From positions 66,932 through 130,931 of the forward strand of contig CASDUK010000002.1 in NCBI GenBank assembly GCA_949283975.1: 64,000 nt of DNA, given 5' to 3'. This document shows positions 25,283 to 34,797 of this stretch, in pieces (within the stretch, counting starts at the first letter, position 1; the number at the start of each line of letters is the position of its first letter). The notes under the pieces were generated by a model. That model saw only the letters and a list, made by a program, of their open reading frames with translations, had not been told where the DNA came from and searched no databases. The position numbers were made by a program, and so were the translations under genes. This stretch comes from an uncultured Bacillota bacterium. Its GTDB lineage: Bacteria > Bacillota > Clostridia > Christensenellales > UBA1242.

Positions 25283-28200
25283 TTAAATATCTGTTCTTGT
25301 GTAAACCCCCTCGCCGTCAAAACTTGTAACTTCCACTTCGCCCTTATACCATGTTCCGCTTGGGAAAGTTTCTGATCTTAAATCCCCAAGAACTTCAATT
25401 TCGGTTAGGCTTGTTAAGTTGTTGGTTCCAAACAAACCATCTGGAAGGCTTGTAACGCCCTCGCCCAGTGTTAACGAAGTTAACTTGCTGCAAGAAAAGA
25501 AAGCTCTTGTTCCCAAACTTGTAATATTTCCGTTAATTGTAATTGAGGTTAACTTGATGCAACTAGAGAAAGCAGAACCGCCAATTGAGGTCACTCCTTT
25601 TGGGATTGTTATTGTGGTTAAACTGCTGCAAACCCAGAAAGCAGAATCGCCAATTGATGTCAATGTGCTTGGAAGAGACACCGAGGTTAAACTGCTGCAT
25701 TCAGCGAAAGCATAATCGCCAATTGAGGTCACCCCCTCTGGAATTGTTATTGAAGTTAAATCTTCGCAATAATAGAAAGCCCTATTGCCAATTGAGGTCA
25801 ATGTGTTTGGAAGAGTTATTGAGGTTAAACTGCTGCAATTCATGAAGGCTCCATCGCCAATTTCTGTTGTTCCCTCTCTAATTGTTACGCTTGTTAGAGA
25901 ACCTCTTGCAACAGAAGGCGCTAGGGCAATGATTGTTATTCCGTTTACATAATATTGAACGCCTCCGTCAATTTCGATTTTTCCCTGTGAAGTTCCCCCT
26001 TTTTTTACTATTTCCTTTGCATAATATCCAACATAACCATTTTCAGTAGAGCCTGCCGTTATTTTTAAATTTGAATTGTTATACACTATTGCTAATGCAT
26101 AACAACCGAAGAAAGCAAATTCGCTAATTTCTGTCACTCTTACTGGGATTGTTATTGAGGTTAAACTGATGCAATCTCGGAAAGCAGATTCGCCAATTGA
26201 AGTTAAAGTGCTTGGAAGAGACACTGAGCTTAATTTGGCACAATCACGAAAAACAGACTGGCCAATAGCTTTCACTCCCTCGGGGATTGTTATTGAGGTT
26301 ATACCGCTGCAACCATAGAAAGCAAAGTCGTAAATTAAGGTCACTCCTTCTGATATTGTTATTGAGGTTAAACTGCTGCAACCTTGGAAAGCAGATTCGC
26401 CAATTAAGGTCACTCCTTCTGGTATTGTTATTGAGGTTAAACCGCTGCAACCTTGGAAAGCATCCTCGCCAATTAAGGTCACTCCTTCTGGTATTGTTAT
26501 TGAGGTTAAACCGCTGCAACCTCGGAAAGCCCGCTTGTTTATTTCTGTTGTTCCTTTTCTAATTGTTATGCTTGTTAAGGAATCTCTAGGAACTGAAGGC
26601 GCTAGGGCAATCTCTTTTCCTGTTTCTTCGTTCACATAATATTGAACATTTCCTTCAGTTTCAATTCTTCCCTTCGAGTTGTTTCCACTTGTAACTATTT
26701 CCTTTGCAAAGTATCCAACAAAACCATGGTAAGAATAACCCGCCAATATGTTTAATTTTGAAGGGTTATATACTATGGCCAATGCATAACAATAGTTAAA
26801 AGCATAACTGCCAATTGAGTCCAACGTGCTTGGAAGAGAAACGGAGGTTAAATTGCTGCAACCATAGAAAGCATACCAGTCGATTGAGGTCACTCCTTCT
26901 GGGATTGTTATTGACGTTAAACTGCTGCAATCTCGGAAAACATAACCGCTAATTTCTGTCACTCCTTCTGGAATTGTTATTTCAGTTAAACTGCTGCAAC
27001 CATCGAAAGCATAATCGCCAATTTCTACCACTCCTCCGGGAATTGAGATTGAGGTTAAATTGCTGCAACCATCGAAAGCAGAATTGCCAATTGAGGTCAA
27101 TGTTTTTGGAAGAGAAACGGAGGTTAAACTGCTGCAATCTCGGAAAACATAACCGCTAATTTCTTTCACTCCTTCTGGAATTGTTACTGATGTTAAACTG
27201 CTGCAACCATCGAAAGCATAATCGCCAATTGAGGTTACACTTTCTGGGATTGTGTATGAAGTTGCTGTGTTTGCTACCGCATATGCCAAAAGAGTTTTTC
27301 CGCCATCTACAAGAAGTGCGCGGTTGTCGTCAATTGTGTAATATTCGTTCCCATCTCCATTGAAAACCTCTAAACTGCTGCAATAAGAGAAAGCATAACT
27401 GCCAATTGAGGTCAATGTGCTTGGAAGAGACACTGAGCTTAATTTGGCACAATCACGAAAAGCAGACTGGCCAATAGCTTTCACTCCCTCGGGGATTGTT
27501 ATTGAGGTTAAACTGCTGCAACCTTGGAAAGCCCGCTCGCCAATTTCTACCACTCCTTCTAGAATTGTTATTTCAGTTAAACTGCTGCAACCTTGGAAAG
27601 CATTAGCACCAATTGAGGTCAATGTGCTTGGAAGAGACACTGAGGTTAAACTGCTGCAACCATCGAAAGCATAACTCTCAATGGTTGTTAATGAGCTGTT
27701 TTCTTTTACAATAAAAGTTTTAAGTTCTGTGATATTCTGAAATCTTTCGTATTCAATAGTTGTAATTTTGCTGTTTTCTTCGATAACGATATTTAATGCC
27801 TGCAAATCACTGGGCCCAAAAATATCGGGAATTTTTGTTAGTTCAGAACCTAAAATAACTGTTGTCGCCTTCGACTCGTCAAAAGCCAATCGTCCAAATA
27901 CTATATCTTTTTCAAATATTAGCGTGTCGATAGCTTGGCAGTTTGCAAAAGCATATTCTCCAATTGTTTTAATGGTATTCGGAAGCGAAATTTCTTTTAA
28001 GCTGCCACATCTATAAAATGAATAGCCATAAATGTTTTGGATGTTTGTTCCCTCTTCAAAAAACACGGAATTTAAACTCTTACATTCTCCAAATGCTCCC
28101 ACGCCAATCGAGTTAACGCTTGAAGGAATTGTTATTGATGTTATCCCAGATCCTGCAAACGCGGAAGAACCAATTGTATTTACTCCATATGGAACTATAA

Positions 28201-30460
28201 TTGTTTTTAAATTTTTTGCAAAAGAAAAGGCTCCTGCGCCAACAATTTCAACGGTGTTAGGAATTGTATACGATTCTAATGAGCTCCCCCCAGCAAATGA
28301 ATAAATAATCTTTTCGTCAATAGAAAGAAGGACTTTGTTGTCTATAGACTTATAATATTTATTTCCTTCCTCTACAATAATTTGTTCTATATTTGTAAGA
28401 CGAAATGGATTCGCTCCAGATATTAATTCCCAAGAGATTATTTCGCCAGGGGAAGAAAAGATTTTTGTTAAATCAAATTCATAAGAATTTTCAATTGTTT
28501 CAACTGAAGCAGGAATTGTTATTGATTTTAATGCTACACATTCCTCAAACGCACCTATCCCAATCGTTGTCAATTTAGAAGGCAAATATATTGAAGTTAG
28601 TTCTGCACAGTCTTTAAAAGCTATCGGCCCAATTACTTTAAGCTCACTTTCTGGATTAATTGTTACAGTTTGTAGCGAACTACAATTATGAAACGCTTCT
28701 CCACAGATAGAAGTAACGCTGTTTGGAATAACAATTGATTTTAAGTTAGTGCATCCAGCTAAAACTTCGCCCCCTCCAATTATTTCACATGTTTCGGCAA
28801 TAACAAAATTTTCAACGGTTTTATCTTCAACGGTTAATAGTAAATAATATGGATTTGTTCCTTTTCCTAAATATATTCCGCCCTCATATGAGTTTGTTTG
28901 TAAGTTGGTGCAGCCATAAAATGCACCACCACCAACATATGATAATTTTTCGGAATTAAAAGCAACCTTAATTAAATTTGTATTGTTTGAAAATAAGCCA
29001 GTATATATTTCTTCAACATCTGGCCCTATAACTAGTTCATATCCTTCAGGACTTCCAAAGTTTGAACTAAAATAAGAGCTTGTTGAAATTTCGGTCGTTT
29101 TAATCTGTAAATTTGCATTATAGTTAAGTTTAACAACCCCAGTGCATCCATTAAATGCTGTAGGATCAATTTCTTTTACACTATTTTGAATCGTTAATTC
29201 AGTAATGCCTGTGCACCCATAAAACGCTCTTTCTCCGATTTTTTGCATACTATTTGGAAAAACAATTCCTTTTAATGCGCCGCAATTCATAAAGGTTTGA
29301 TTGGGAATTTCAGTTCGCCCCTCCTCAAAAACAATAGAAAATTCGTGAGTGATGGCAGAAAAAGCAAGCGGATCAATTGAAATTGCTGAAGGGATTGTTA
29401 AAACAACCGGCTCGGAGGTTGACGGAGTTAGGGAAAAGTTGCCAATCGCCTCCACTTTATAGTCGTCTCCCTCGAAATATTTGTATGACGCATAATCAAT
29501 TCTAAATTTTAATGGGAAATACTCTGGCTTTGGACCTTCTGGCATAATTTCCCTAAGCTTGCTGACGAAATCATCGTAATTTTGACATAAAATCTCCTCT
29601 GAATTCTCTCCAAATTGAACATAGAAATTTTGCAAAATTTCTAATGCCTCAAATTTAAATTCCGTTTCTTCTGGTTTCTGCCCCCCTCCCATTTCTTCTT
29701 CTGTTAATTCAAATGTTAAATCCTCAGGCAATTCAACCCTTAACGGAAAAACTGCCGGATCCGTCAGGTTTTCCATGAAGATGGCAAAATCTATAACCCC
29801 ATTTTCACAAAAAACGCCCTCAGATTGCCCGTTTAGATATACTGTGTAATTCTTTAGGACATATAGCATAGCCATTTTATTTAGCAATTCAGGAGTAGGA
29901 GTTGGTTGCTCAAACTCCTCCGCTGTTAAAACAAAGCTATTATACGGAGTTTTTTCCATGGAATATGAAGTTGGAATTGTTATGTTGGTTTCGTTGCCGG
30001 TGTAACCGGTTACTTTATTGCCAGAAAAGGTAAAATCAAGCTCTTTTGCCGGTTCAGGCGGCTCTTCATTGCTGTTATTTAAATTTATTATGTAAGAGAA
30101 TATCGTCTCAGTTGAACAATTTGGGTCACTTACAGTTAAATTTATTGTAAACTCAACTTTGCTAGTTCCATCACCTGTGCTTGGCACTAGGACATGGCTC
30201 TCTCCAAGTGTGTAGTCTAAATTTTCTTTTTGAACTTCTTTGTTTATGTTGTCGGATTTTCCGTTGTCTAGCCCTTCAATTATGTCAACTAAAAGCCAAC
30301 ACTCGGTTGAAAGGTTTTCAACCGTAACCGAAATTTCGATTGGGGTTGCAGAGGAATTGAAAACCAGGTTTAGGTCATTCCATTTTTCTATCTCTGCCTC
30401 GGAAGAAGCGCCCTCCCCTTCGGAAAATGTTAGGGTTGGAAGGGTTGGGTTTTCGTCCAT
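25283..30460 (-). CDS. Giant BspA-type leucine-rich-repeat (LRR_5) surface protein. The 5' end is disrupted, so it may be a pseudogene or an N-terminally truncated product.
   Basis: Dozens of roughly 23-aa repeats of the form ITIPEGVTSIGDYAFDGCSSLTS. The N-terminal region is homologous to residues about 70 onward of the 51714-53798 paralog. The ORF as drawn has no signal peptide. Confidence 0.8.
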   Translation of the reverse strand: MDENPTLPTLTFSEGEGASSEAEIEKWNDLNLVFNSSATPIEISVTVENLSTECWLLVDIIEGLDNGKSDNINKEVQKENLDYTLGESHVLVPSTGDGTSKVEFTINLTVSDPNCSTETIFSYIINLNNSNEEPPEPAKELDFTFSGNKVTGYTGNETNITIPTSYSMEKTPYNSFVLTAEEFEQPTPTPELLNKMAMLYVLKNYTVYLNGQSEGVFCENGVIDFAIFMENLTDPAVFPLRVELPEDLTFELTEEEMGGGQKPEETEFKFEALEILQNFYVQFGENSEEILCQNYDDFVSKLREIMPEGPKPEYFPLKFRIDYASYKYFEGDDYKVEAIGNFSLTPSTSEPVVLTIPSAISIDPLAFSAITHEFSIVFEEGRTEIPNQTFMNCGALKGIVFPNSMQKIGERAFYGCTGITELTIQNSVKEIDPTAFNGCTGVVKLNYNANLQIKTTEISTSSYFSSNFGSPEGYELVIGPDVEEIYTGLFSNNTNLIKVAFNSEKLSYVGGGAFYGCTNLQTNSYEGGIYLGKGTNPYYLLLTVEDKTVENFVIAETCEIIGGGEVLAGCTNLKSIVIPNSVTSICGEAFHNCSSLQTVTINPESELKVIGPIAFKDCAELTSIYLPSKLTTIGIGAFEECVALKSITIPASVETIENSYEFDLTKIFSSPGEIISWELISGANPFRLTNIEQIIVEEGNKYYKSIDNKVLLSIDEKIIYSFAGGSSLESYTIPNTVEIVGAGAFSFAKNLKTIIVPYGVNTIGSSAFAGSGITSITIPSSVNSIGVGAFGECKSLNSVFFEEGTNIQNIYGYSFYRCGSLKEISLPNTIKTIGEYAFANCQAIDTLIFEKDIVFGRLAFDESKATTVILGSELTKIPDIFGPSDLQALNIVIEENSKITTIEYERFQNITELKTFIVKENSSLTTIESYAFDGCSSLTSVSLPSTLTSIGANAFQGCSSLTEITILEGVVEIGERAFQGCSSLTSITIPEGVKAIGQSAFRDCAKLSSVSLPSTLTSIGSYAFSYCSSLEVFNGDGNEYYTIDDNRALLVDGGKTLLAYAVANTATSYTIPESVTSIGDYAFDGCSSLTSVTIPEGVKEISGYVFRDCSSLTSVSLPKTLTSIGNSAFDGCSNLTSISIPGGVVEIGDYAFDGCSSLTEITIPEGVTEISGYVFRDCSSLTSITIPEGVTSIDWYAFYGCSNLTSVSLPSTLDSIGSYAFNYCYALAIVYNPSKLNILAGYSYHGFVGYFAKEIVTSGNNSKGRIETEGNVQYYVNEETGKEIALAPSVPRDSLTSITIRKGTTEINKRAFRGCSGLTSITIPEGVTLIGEDAFQGCSGLTSITIPEGVTLIGESAFQGCSSLTSITISEGVTLIYDFAFYGCSGITSITIPEGVKAIGQSVFRDCAKLSSVSLPSTLTSIGESAFRDCISLTSITIPVRVTEISEFAFFGCYALAIVYNNSNLKITAGSTENGYVGYYAKEIVKKGGTSQGKIEIDGGVQYYVNGITIIALAPSVARGSLTSVTIREGTTEIGDGAFMNCSSLTSITLPNTLTSIGNRAFYYCEDLTSITIPEGVTSIGDYAFAECSSLTSVSLPSTLTSIGDSAFWVCSSLTTITIPKGVTSIGGSAFSSCIKLTSITINGNITSLGTRAFFSCSKLTSLTLGEGVTSLPDGLFGTNNLTSLTEIEVLGDLRSETFPSGTWYKGEVEVTSFDGEGVYTRTDI
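26340..26530. repeat. Near-identical tandem 69-nt (23-codon) repeats inside the LRR gene
   Basis: Units start at 26340, 26409 and 26478 (GTCACTCCTTCTGGTATTGTTATTGAGGTTAAACCGCTGCAACCTTGGAAAGC...). Confidence 0.85.
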
Positions 30461-30569
30461 TCCCGAAACCGTTGCCGAAACTTTTGCATAGACATTTGTT
30501 GCCTGAAAGTTGATTGTTCCGCCAAGGGGAACTTGAAATTGATGAAATTAATTTTGCTTTTAAACTCAT
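30461..30569 (-). pseudogene. Stranded original 5' end of the giant LRR gene (start codon plus MSLKAKLISSISS), out of frame with the main ORF
   Basis: ATG 30569 with a GGGAGA SD is homologous to the paralog start at 53798. About 59 nt encoding the transmembrane signal anchor are missing relative to the paralog. In another frame, LGGTINFQATNVYAKVSATVSG continues into the MDENPTL... ORF. Confidence 0.7.
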
Positions 30570-30602
30570 AATTTTTTCTCCCTTTTTTCTTTATTATTTG
30601 AT

Positions 30603-30632
30603 ATTTTACCACTTTTTAGTTAAACTTGCTAA
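30603..30632 (-). promoter_or_regulatory. Promoter of the giant LRR gene (duplicate of 53831-53860)
   Basis: Minus strand: TTAGCA, 18 nt spacer, TGgTAAAAT. Same sequence context as the paralog. Confidence 0.5.
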
Positions 30633-30696
30633 CGATTTTTAATTTTTTATCTTTTTCCTTTCAACGCCGCTTTTTGCTTAGCAAGCGCAAGGCGGG

Positions 30697-30725
30697 TTGA
30701 TTTTTCGGGCGAAATATAATATAAT
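30697..30725 (+). promoter_or_regulatory. Promoter placed for a leaderless transcript of the HAD gene
   Basis: TTGATT, 17 nt spacer, TATAAT, then 6 nt (AGTTAC) to ATG 30732. No SD. Confidence 0.55.
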
Positions 30726-30731
30726 AGTTAC

Positions 30732-31331
30732 ATGAAAAAGAATTTTTTAATAATTGCGGATTTAGATTCAACTTTTGAAGAGGCAACAGAAAATTCAAGC
30801 GAATTTGACGCACTTGTTCCATTTTTAAATAAGTTTGAAGAAGATTTTAACTGTTTAATAACAATTCATTTTGTTTCTGGAACATCAATTGAAGATTTAA
30901 AAGAAAGAATGGAATTTTTTTATTATGAATATCCAGAAATTTACAACAGAATTGACTATTCAATTTTGGATCGCGGAAAAAAATTTAGCAGAGAATTATA
31001 TCAAATTGGAACTGTAACAACACACTATGGTCAATATAACAAGGCGGACGGGGTTGAAGACATAATTTCTTCTTATGGAAAGCCGGCTATTTGTGGGCTT
31101 TGTTTCTTGGGCGATGGGAAAAATGATGTTCCCGCTTTTGAAATGGTTAAGTATTATAAAAATCAATTTATTTATGGCGCATACAACCTTGCCCCCAGAA
31201 GCCGAAGAGATTATGATGAAATAATTGGGCATGTTAACATATATTCAGAAAAACCAAGAATTCTTGGCTGCATAGACTGCCTTGAAAAAATGGCCAAAAT
31301 GATTGAAGCAAAAATTGCAACATTTGAATAA
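30732..31331 (+). CDS. HAD-superfamily hydrolase (Cof/IIB-like)
   Basis: IIADLDSTF (DxD motif), GDGKNDVPAF. Confidence 0.6.
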   Translation: MKKNFLIIADLDSTFEEATENSSEFDALVPFLNKFEEDFNCLITIHFVSGTSIEDLKERMEFFYYEYPEIYNRIDYSILDRGKKFSRELYQIGTVTTHYGQYNKADGVEDIISSYGKPAICGLCFLGDGKNDVPAFEMVKYYKNQFIYGAYNLAPRSRRDYDEIIGHVNIYSEKPRILGCIDCLEKMAKMIEAKIATFE

Positions 31332-31360
31332 AAACAAAGGCATTGCTTAAATTAAGAAGC

Positions 31361-31822
31361 ATGAGACTTTGGCACTATGAACTTATTAAAGTTCTTCCAA
31401 ACAAACAACTAACAGGTCAATGGCGGGAAATTTCTGCAATCATTGGCCTTATTAATAAATTTAAAAACCCCAACAGTTTGATTGTAAACAAGGTTGTTGA
31501 CTACCCCATTTCAAATTTTGTTAGATATATTAAAATTGTTGAAAAAGAAATGAAAAAAAGAGGTTTTGCAACTGTGCAAAATCCATATGAAAAAATTAAA
31601 ACTTTAAGTGAAAATTGTTTTAATTTAAAACACTATTCAAAAGTAATATTAAAAGACTCAATTTTTAAATTCTGGCATACTGACCGTTATCTATTTCAGT
31701 GTGTATTCAATTTGCAAGAAAAATTTGACTGCGGCGGAATTTCGAAGCAAGAATGGGAAAAAATTAAAAAATTTGCAAATAAAAAACTCCGAATTTCGGA
31801 GTTTAAGCTAATTGAGATTTGA
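31361..31822 (+). CDS. TIGR02328-like protein (related to pyrimidine-dimer DNA glycosylase/DenV)
   Basis: MRLWHYELIKVLPNKQLTGQWREISAI matches the MRLWH..LI..LP..QLLGQHRE signature. Start taken at the internal ATG 31361. Confidence 0.6.
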   Translation: MRLWHYELIKVLPNKQLTGQWREISAIIGLINKFKNPNSLIVNKVVDYPISNFVRYIKIVEKEMKKRGFATVQNPYEKIKTLSENCFNLKHYSKVILKDSIFKFWHTDRYLFQCVFNLQEKFDCGGISKQEWEKIKKFANKKLRISEFKLIEI

Positions 31823-32741
31823 TTTCATCGGCTTTGGATTGAAAGTCTCCAAAGTAACTAAATTGCATAACAACTGTTGAGTTGGAATTTGCTGTGAACG
31901 AGCCGCGGCTAATTGTGTATTTTTCATTTGCAGTTATTGATGTTATATAGCCATAATCTTTGTCTATTCTAATTTTAAGAACAATTGATTGCATTTGGGG
32001 GTTGCTTCCCTCTCCGCCTGTTGCTTCCAATCCAACCAAATATGCCGCCCAAGCCTTACTGTTTAAAGTTAAATTAAGTTCATAATATGCTCTGCCGTTG
32101 TTTGGCCTTACAACGCTAAAGGATAGGCTAGCGGTTGACATGTTCAATTTATATGGTATTTCATTTGGAAGATAGCCATTTTTTACAATATAGTCGTCAA
32201 CTGAAGATGTTGTTAAATTTTGCCCAGCGCGCCTGTAATCAACCAAGTTTTGATTTACAACTATATAATCCGTGTAGTTCTCACCCATTCCAAGCGGAAC
32301 TCCAGAACCATCGGCAACAACCTTAACATAACCAATTCCCCCAACGTTATATATCTCTTTGTTAATTTTTTGAATTCCGCCTTGGTTAAAAGTTGTGTCC
32401 TTGGCGTCAACTTGTTGAGACAAACTAATTTTATAGTCATTGTCTTTTAAAAGGTTGAGAGCATAATTTAAAGCAGTCCACCCATTTGTAAAGGTTATTC
32501 CCAACTTTTGAAATTTTTCTTCATCTTCTTCCGGAATTTCTTCATCTGAAGGATTTGTTGGAGTTGTTGGGTTTGTTGGGTCATCTCCCTCGCTTGGTTC
32601 GTTTGGTTCTGCATAGGAATGATCTGGGTTTTCAATGTCTTGAAATGAAGAAACATCAACCGTTGAAAAAACAACGGCAAGGCAAATTAACACCAACGTA
32701 AAACACAAAATTACATTAAATTTTCGCTTATTAAACACCAT
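31803..32741 (-). CDS. Hypothetical membrane-anchored extracytoplasmic protein (paralog A)
   Basis: N-terminal TM (VILCFTLVLICLAVVF), an acidic/Pro-rich linker, then a roughly 230-aa domain. Paralogous to 32838-33824. No family recognised. Confidence 0.55.
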   Translation of the reverse strand: MVFNKRKFNVILCFTLVLICLAVVFSTVDVSSFQDIENPDHSYAEPNEPSEGDDPTNPTTPTNPSDEEIPEEDEEKFQKLGITFTNGWTALNYALNLLKDNDYKISLSQQVDAKDTTFNQGGIQKINKEIYNVGGIGYVKVVADGSGVPLGMGENYTDYIVVNQNLVDYRRAGQNLTTSSVDDYIVKNGYLPNEIPYKLNMSTASLSFSVVRPNNGRAYYELNLTLNSKAWAAYLVGLEATGGEGSNPQMQSIVLKIRIDKDYGYITSITANEKYTISRGSFTANSNSTVVMQFSYFGDFQSKADEIKSQLA

Positions 32742-32837
32742 TTTTTATTCTCCAAATCCTTATCTTTTGAAAGCGTTATTTATATAATATCATTTTTATT
32801 CAAAAAAGCAAACAAAATTGCATAAATATTCATTTTT

Positions 32838-33824
32838 TTATTTAATCCCAATTATATCTTTAATTTTCCCAACATTGCTGTCAAAATTGCTAAAGTAATT
32901 GAAGGACATTGTTAAATTGCTTTGGCAGCTTGCATTTGCGTTGATAGCGCCATATTCATAATTTATTGAATAGTTCTCTGTTGCAGATATGGAAATAAAT
33001 GTTCCATATTGTTTACTGATTTTTGCAGTTACAGTTATTGAGCTAAAAGATGGCAAATCTTTCCCTCCAATTTCTCCTTTAACTGCATAGGCATAATTAG
33101 CCCAAGCTTTTGAATTTAAAACGAAAGTAACTTCGTAATAGGATTTTTTATAGTTTGAAGTTAAATATGCGCTGGAAACCGTGTTTTGATTAATAATATA
33201 TGGAAGTTCATATGTGAAAACATGGTGTCCCGCATAATATTCGTCCATTGTTGTTTTGTGGTCTGGCGTTGTTACAAGGTTGTTTTGGGCGTCAAAACAA
33301 GTGTAAGATGTGTAGTTCTTGCCGTTTCCAACGTCTATAAACCCCTCTAAAACATTTATATTTGTTTTTGCATTGTTAACAACATAAACTTGGCTAATAT
33401 CTTTATATATATCCCTTTTAAGGATAACATCAACGCTAACGGGATAGCCCGCTGCCTCCCCTTTTATTGTTTGATAGAAGGAAACATAACTTTTATATTT
33501 CTCGTCCATTTGAATTGCATAGTTCCACACAGTCCAAGCATTGTTAAACTTAACAGTTAGTTCCGGAATATTTTGGTAGTTGTTTGATGTTTGCCCTCCT
33601 CCGCTTTCGCCTGAGCCCGGTTGAGAGCCGTCACCAACATCGCCAGATAGGTCTTCGTCTGGCGGAACAACAACTTCGCCGTCATCAACAATTTCATCTC
33701 CCGGCTCGGCATCTGATGAGCCAATTGAACCAGAAAAATCAGCCGTTCCCAAGCCGACTGTTATACAAATTAAAAATATCGTAAAAAAAATCATGAAGTT
33801 TAATTTTCTTTTGTTATATCTCAC
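32838..33824 (-). CDS. Hypothetical membrane-anchored extracytoplasmic protein (paralog B)
   Basis: Same architecture as paralog A. Shared blocks: F.N.WT..NYA, YYE..L.LNSKAWA.Y, and the C-terminal F.YF..F.S....IK. GTG start with a GAGGTG SD. TTGACT-16-TATACT promoter upstream. Confidence 0.55.
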   Translation of the reverse strand: MRYNKRKLNFMIFFTIFLICITVGLGTADFSGSIGSSDAEPGDEIVDDGEVVVPPDEDLSGDVGDGSQPGSGESGGGQTSNNYQNIPELTVKFNNAWTVWNYAIQMDEKYKSYVSFYQTIKGEAAGYPVSVDVILKRDIYKDISQVYVVNNAKTNINVLEGFIDVGNGKNYTSYTCFDAQNNLVTTPDHKTTMDEYYAGHHVFTYELPYIINQNTVSSAYLTSNYKKSYYEVTFVLNSKAWANYAYAVKGEIGGKDLPSFSSITVTAKISKQYGTFISISATENYSINYEYGAINANASCQSNLTMSFNYFSNFDSNVGKIKDIIGIK

Positions 33825-33910
33825 AAAAACACCTCACACAAATATATATGCATCATTACATGATATAAGTATACACTATATAGATTTAAAGTCAACTGTT
33901 TTTTGCAAAT

Positions 33911-34720
33911 TTATGTATAATTATTCATTTTTTTGTTACTTTTTAGCTTTAAGATTCTCTGTTGAACAATTTTTTCAAGTTCTTGCCCTTCGCGATAGTC
34001 CGCCTTGGCAATTTTATTACATCTTCTGTCTCTAATTAATCCATTTGCAATTGCCCTGTTTTCTCCATAAACTCCAATTGAAAACCCGCCCTTGTCTTGC
34101 ATTGTTTTCATGCAAGGAATATCCGAATAGCCGTCGCCAATGTAAATCATGTTTTTATAGTCAACCGCCCGCTTTTCTTTTGGCATATAGCCGTTTAAAA
34201 TGTGGTCATCACAATTGTTTAAAATTCCCTTGTTAATTCTAAATATAAACTGGGTTTTATTCGTGTAATTAATTGCGCTAAGCGGCCAATCGGCAAAGCC
34301 GTTTTCATCATAATGATATGAACTTGCAAAAATTTTTTTAAACTTGCTTGCAATTGCACAGCCTTCAATTATCTCACAAATTCCAGAACTAATTATGTAG
34401 TGTTCAATTTCAAATCCGTTTTCTTTTCCAAATTGGTTTATTCTGTCAAACCAGTCCAAAACGCCATCATAAAATTTAATGTTTTTCCCGGCGCTAAAGA
34501 GAATTTCTCGCGTAAGCGGCTTTTTCTTCTCCCTTGCCATTTTATAGGTTGAATAGAGATAGCCAATTATGGAATCCATATCATTTTTAACCCTTTCCTC
34601 CTCCGTTTTTTTAAAAAACTCATTTCCATCTATTTCATAAAAAGGAAACAGCGAAAAAAAGGGCGAATCGTTAGTTGAAAGCGTGAAATCAAAATCATAG
34701 ATTATTGCAAACTTTTCCAT
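33911..34720 (-). CDS. HAD-superfamily hydrolase, subfamily IB-like
   Basis: FAIIYDFDFTLS (DxDxT), IYIGDGYSDIPCM. Confidence 0.65.
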   Translation of the reverse strand: MEKFAIIYDFDFTLSTNDSPFFSLFPFYEIDGNEFFKKTEEERVKNDMDSIIGYLYSTYKMAREKKKPLTREILFSAGKNIKFYDGVLDWFDRINQFGKENGFEIEHYIISSGICEIIEGCAIASKFKKIFASSYHYDENGFADWPLSAINYTNKTQFIFRINKGILNNCDDHILNGYMPKEKRAVDYKNMIYIGDGYSDIPCMKTMQDKGGFSIGVYGENRAIANGLIRDRRCNKIAKADYREGQELEKIVQQRILKLKSNKKMNNYT

Positions 34721-34759
34721 ATATTTATTATACTATATATGCTTAATAAAATCAATTGT

Positions 34760-34788
34760 TTGTTAAACGAAAAAAAGTGTGATAAAAT
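34760..34788 (+). promoter_or_regulatory. Promoter for the sigma factor gene (near-leaderless geometry)
   Basis: TTGTTA, 17 nt spacer, TGaTAAAAT, then 9 nt to ATG 34798. No SD. Confidence 0.5.
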
Positions 34789-34797
34789 AATATTAAT

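Noticed and set aside
25400-27700. Regular roughly 69-nt periodicity resembling a repeat-spacer (CRISPR-like) array.
   Set aside because: The periodicity lies inside one continuous 1725-codon ORF and encodes 23-aa LRR units. There are no unique spacers or AT-rich leader, and no cas genes in the window.
25419-28304. Many 60-98 aa ORFs on both strands with repetitive peptides (e.g. 25419-25715, 26244-26519, 26287-26562, 27417-27674).
   Set aside because: They are alternative-frame or antisense readings of the LRR repeats. They have no SDs and are fully nested within the long ORF.
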